Positions 62,592 through 64,000 of a DNA stretch of 64,000 nt are shown piece by piece (the stretch's first letter is position 1; every line of letters begins with the position of its first letter). The stretch spans positions 32,001 through 96,000 of the forward strand of contig JALHMH010000010.1 in the NCBI GenBank assembly GCA_022844165.1. The letters are read 5' to 3'. Source of the DNA: Lysobacterales bacterium (lineage in GTDB: Bacteria > Pseudomonadota > Gammaproteobacteria > Xanthomonadales > SZUA-5). A model generated the notes under the pieces. The model saw nothing but the letters and a program-made list of their open reading frames with translations. It searched no databases and was not told the origin of the DNA. The position numbers and the translations under genes were made by a program.

Positions 62592-64000
62592 ATGAGCGTG
62601 CAGTTGCGTTGCAGCGTCGTAGTTTGCGTTTACAACGGCGCATCTCGTTTGCCGATCACGCTAAAGCATCTCGCGGCGCAACAAGGGATGGACAGCGCGC
62701 ATTGGGAAGTGATCCTGGTCGACAACGCCAGCAACGATGATAGCGGTGCCACGGCGGCCGCCATCTGGCCAGCACTGAGCGCTGTCACTCCGTTGCGAGT
62801 GATGGTCGAATCTCGTCCTGGATTGACGCATGCACGGTCTTGTGGCGTAGCAGCAGCTCAAGGTGCGGTGATCGTTTTCGTCGACGACGACAACTGGCTT
62901 GCGCCGGATTATTTGCACCTTGCCTGTGCCATTCTCGAGAGTCGCCCGGACGTTGGAATTTGCGGTGGTCGCGTTGATCCCGCATTCGAAGCGCCGCCGC
63001 CACCGTGGTTTCATGATCACCAGAACTGGTTTGCCGTCGGCCGCCAGGCGCCGCGCAGCGGCGAGGTCGATTGCATCTGGGGTTGTGGCATGGCTGTCCG
63101 TGCGCAACTGGCGCGAGAAATGCTGTTGAGCCAGGATGAAGTCCTGCTCAGCGACCGCATCGGTTCGTCGCTGAGCAGCGGTGGCGATACACAATTGAGT
63201 CTTCGTGTGCGTCTGGCGGGCTGGAAGGTATGGTACGCCGAGGAACTCAGGTTGAAGCATTGGATGCCGGCCACTCGAATGCAGTGGCGCTATCTGGTTC
63301 GTCTCGTCTATGCCATCGGCCAGGACGAACAGCACCTCAAACGCTATCGACTGGCGCTCCGCCATGGCAGTACGAAGGCCCTGTCGCAAGCACTTCGCAG
63401 TTCGCGGCTCCTGTACTTCGTGTGGTCGCTGTTCGCGATTGGCCGGCACCTGCTGCTGCGCCCGACCAGCATTTTCCTATGGCGCGAAGACAATCGCCAT
63501 TCGATTCCACTGCTGTTCCGAGCCGGCAATCTGGTCGGCTTGTTTCGGCGCACTGCGCCGCCAGCTCAGCATGATGATCGCGAAATCCCGGTTTATGAGG
63601 CGCGCACTTTGAGGCTACGAATCGGCCTGGTCTGCACCGCGCCCATCGGCGCACCTGGAAGCATGTCTGCCTATCGCGAGGTGTTAATGGCGGCATTGTC
63701 CGAATTTGCGCCGCAGATAGAGGTAGAGACCGTCCAGCTCGGTCTGCCGCCGTCTGCCGGTCGATGGCGACAACGATGGCATACCATGAGCATGCCGTTT
63801 GCGCTGTATAGACGATCACCACCCGATATCTGGCACATCCTGGATGGATCTCGCGCTTATGTCGGATTCGGGCTTCGCTCAGCGCCTGTGGTCATCACGG
63901 CTCACGATGTGATTCCAGTGCTACAGGCTGCGCGTGCGTTTCCCGGAGCACCACGGGTTGGCCATGCCGCGCGTTGGATGTGGCAAGTTAACGCTGCGGC
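62592..64000 (+). CDS. GT2 glycosyltransferase reading through into a GT4 N-terminal domain (runs off the window)
   Basis: Not in the ORF track; hand translation from ATG 62592 gives SVVVCVYNG, VDNASND, FVDDD and GGD, then from TTG 63609 RIGLV...GSM..Y...VITAHDVIP with no stop before 64000. Confidence 0.85.
   Translation, partial: MSVQLRCSVVVCVYNGASRLPITLKHLAAQQGMDSAHWEVILVDNASNDDSGATAAAIWPALSAVTPLRVMVESRPGLTHARSCGVAAAQGAVIVFVDDDNWLAPDYLHLACAILESRPDVGICGGRVDPAFEAPPPPWFHDHQNWFAVGRQAPRSGEVDCIWGCGMAVRAQLAREMLLSQDEVLLSDRIGSSLSSGGDTQLSLRVRLAGWKVWYAEELRLKHWMPATRMQWRYLVRLVYAIGQDEQHLKRYRLALRHGSTKALSQALRSSRLLYFVWSLFAIGRHLLLRPTSIFLWREDNRHSIPLLFRAGNLVGLFRRTAPPAQHDDREIPVYEARTLRLRIGLVCTAPIGAPGSMSAYREVLMAALSEFAPQIEVETVQLGLPPSAGRWRQRWHTMSMPFALYRRSPPDIWHILDGSRAYVGFGLRSAPVVITAHDVIPVLQAARAFPGAPRVGHAARWMWQVNAA

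Overview
GC-rich (roughly 60% by eye) chromosomal window from a Gammaproteobacterium, probably Xanthomonadales/Lysobacterales (inferred from gene content). Bases 1-24.9 kb hold mostly housekeeping genes: RluC 3' end, tcdA, AbgT-family transporter, rpiA, a UvrY/GacA-type regulator, a J-domain protein, a Pat-type acetyltransferase, ychF, lolD/lolCE, sdhE, an MFS transporter, oligopeptidase B, a nucleoside hydrolase, rpmE2, phoPQ-like genes, waaA, lpxL and gltA. This half also carries a 78-bp dispersed hairpin repeat in two copies, one inside an apparent 179-bp insertion that splits a TauD-like gene, and an 85-bp tandem duplication over the oligopeptidase B start. From 25.1 kb to the window end lies one co-oriented surface-glycan locus of at least 39 kb. 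It opens with its own RfaH gene, a JUMPstart/ops element and an EPS-associated MarR regulator, and contains an internal vapBC module. It encodes two ABC export systems (PglK/MsbA-like and Wzm/Wzt), about 14 glycosyltransferases, 6 methyltransferases, 3 acyl/acetyltransferases, 2 AsnB-like amidotransferases, a deacetylase and a STELLO/DUF288-like protein. Two single-base indels in this locus (a split OafA-like gene and an apparent GT2-GT4 fusion) may be real or sequencing errors. No CRISPR array, rRNA, tRNA or intact transposase was seen. All family calls come from recognising motifs by eye; no database search was run.
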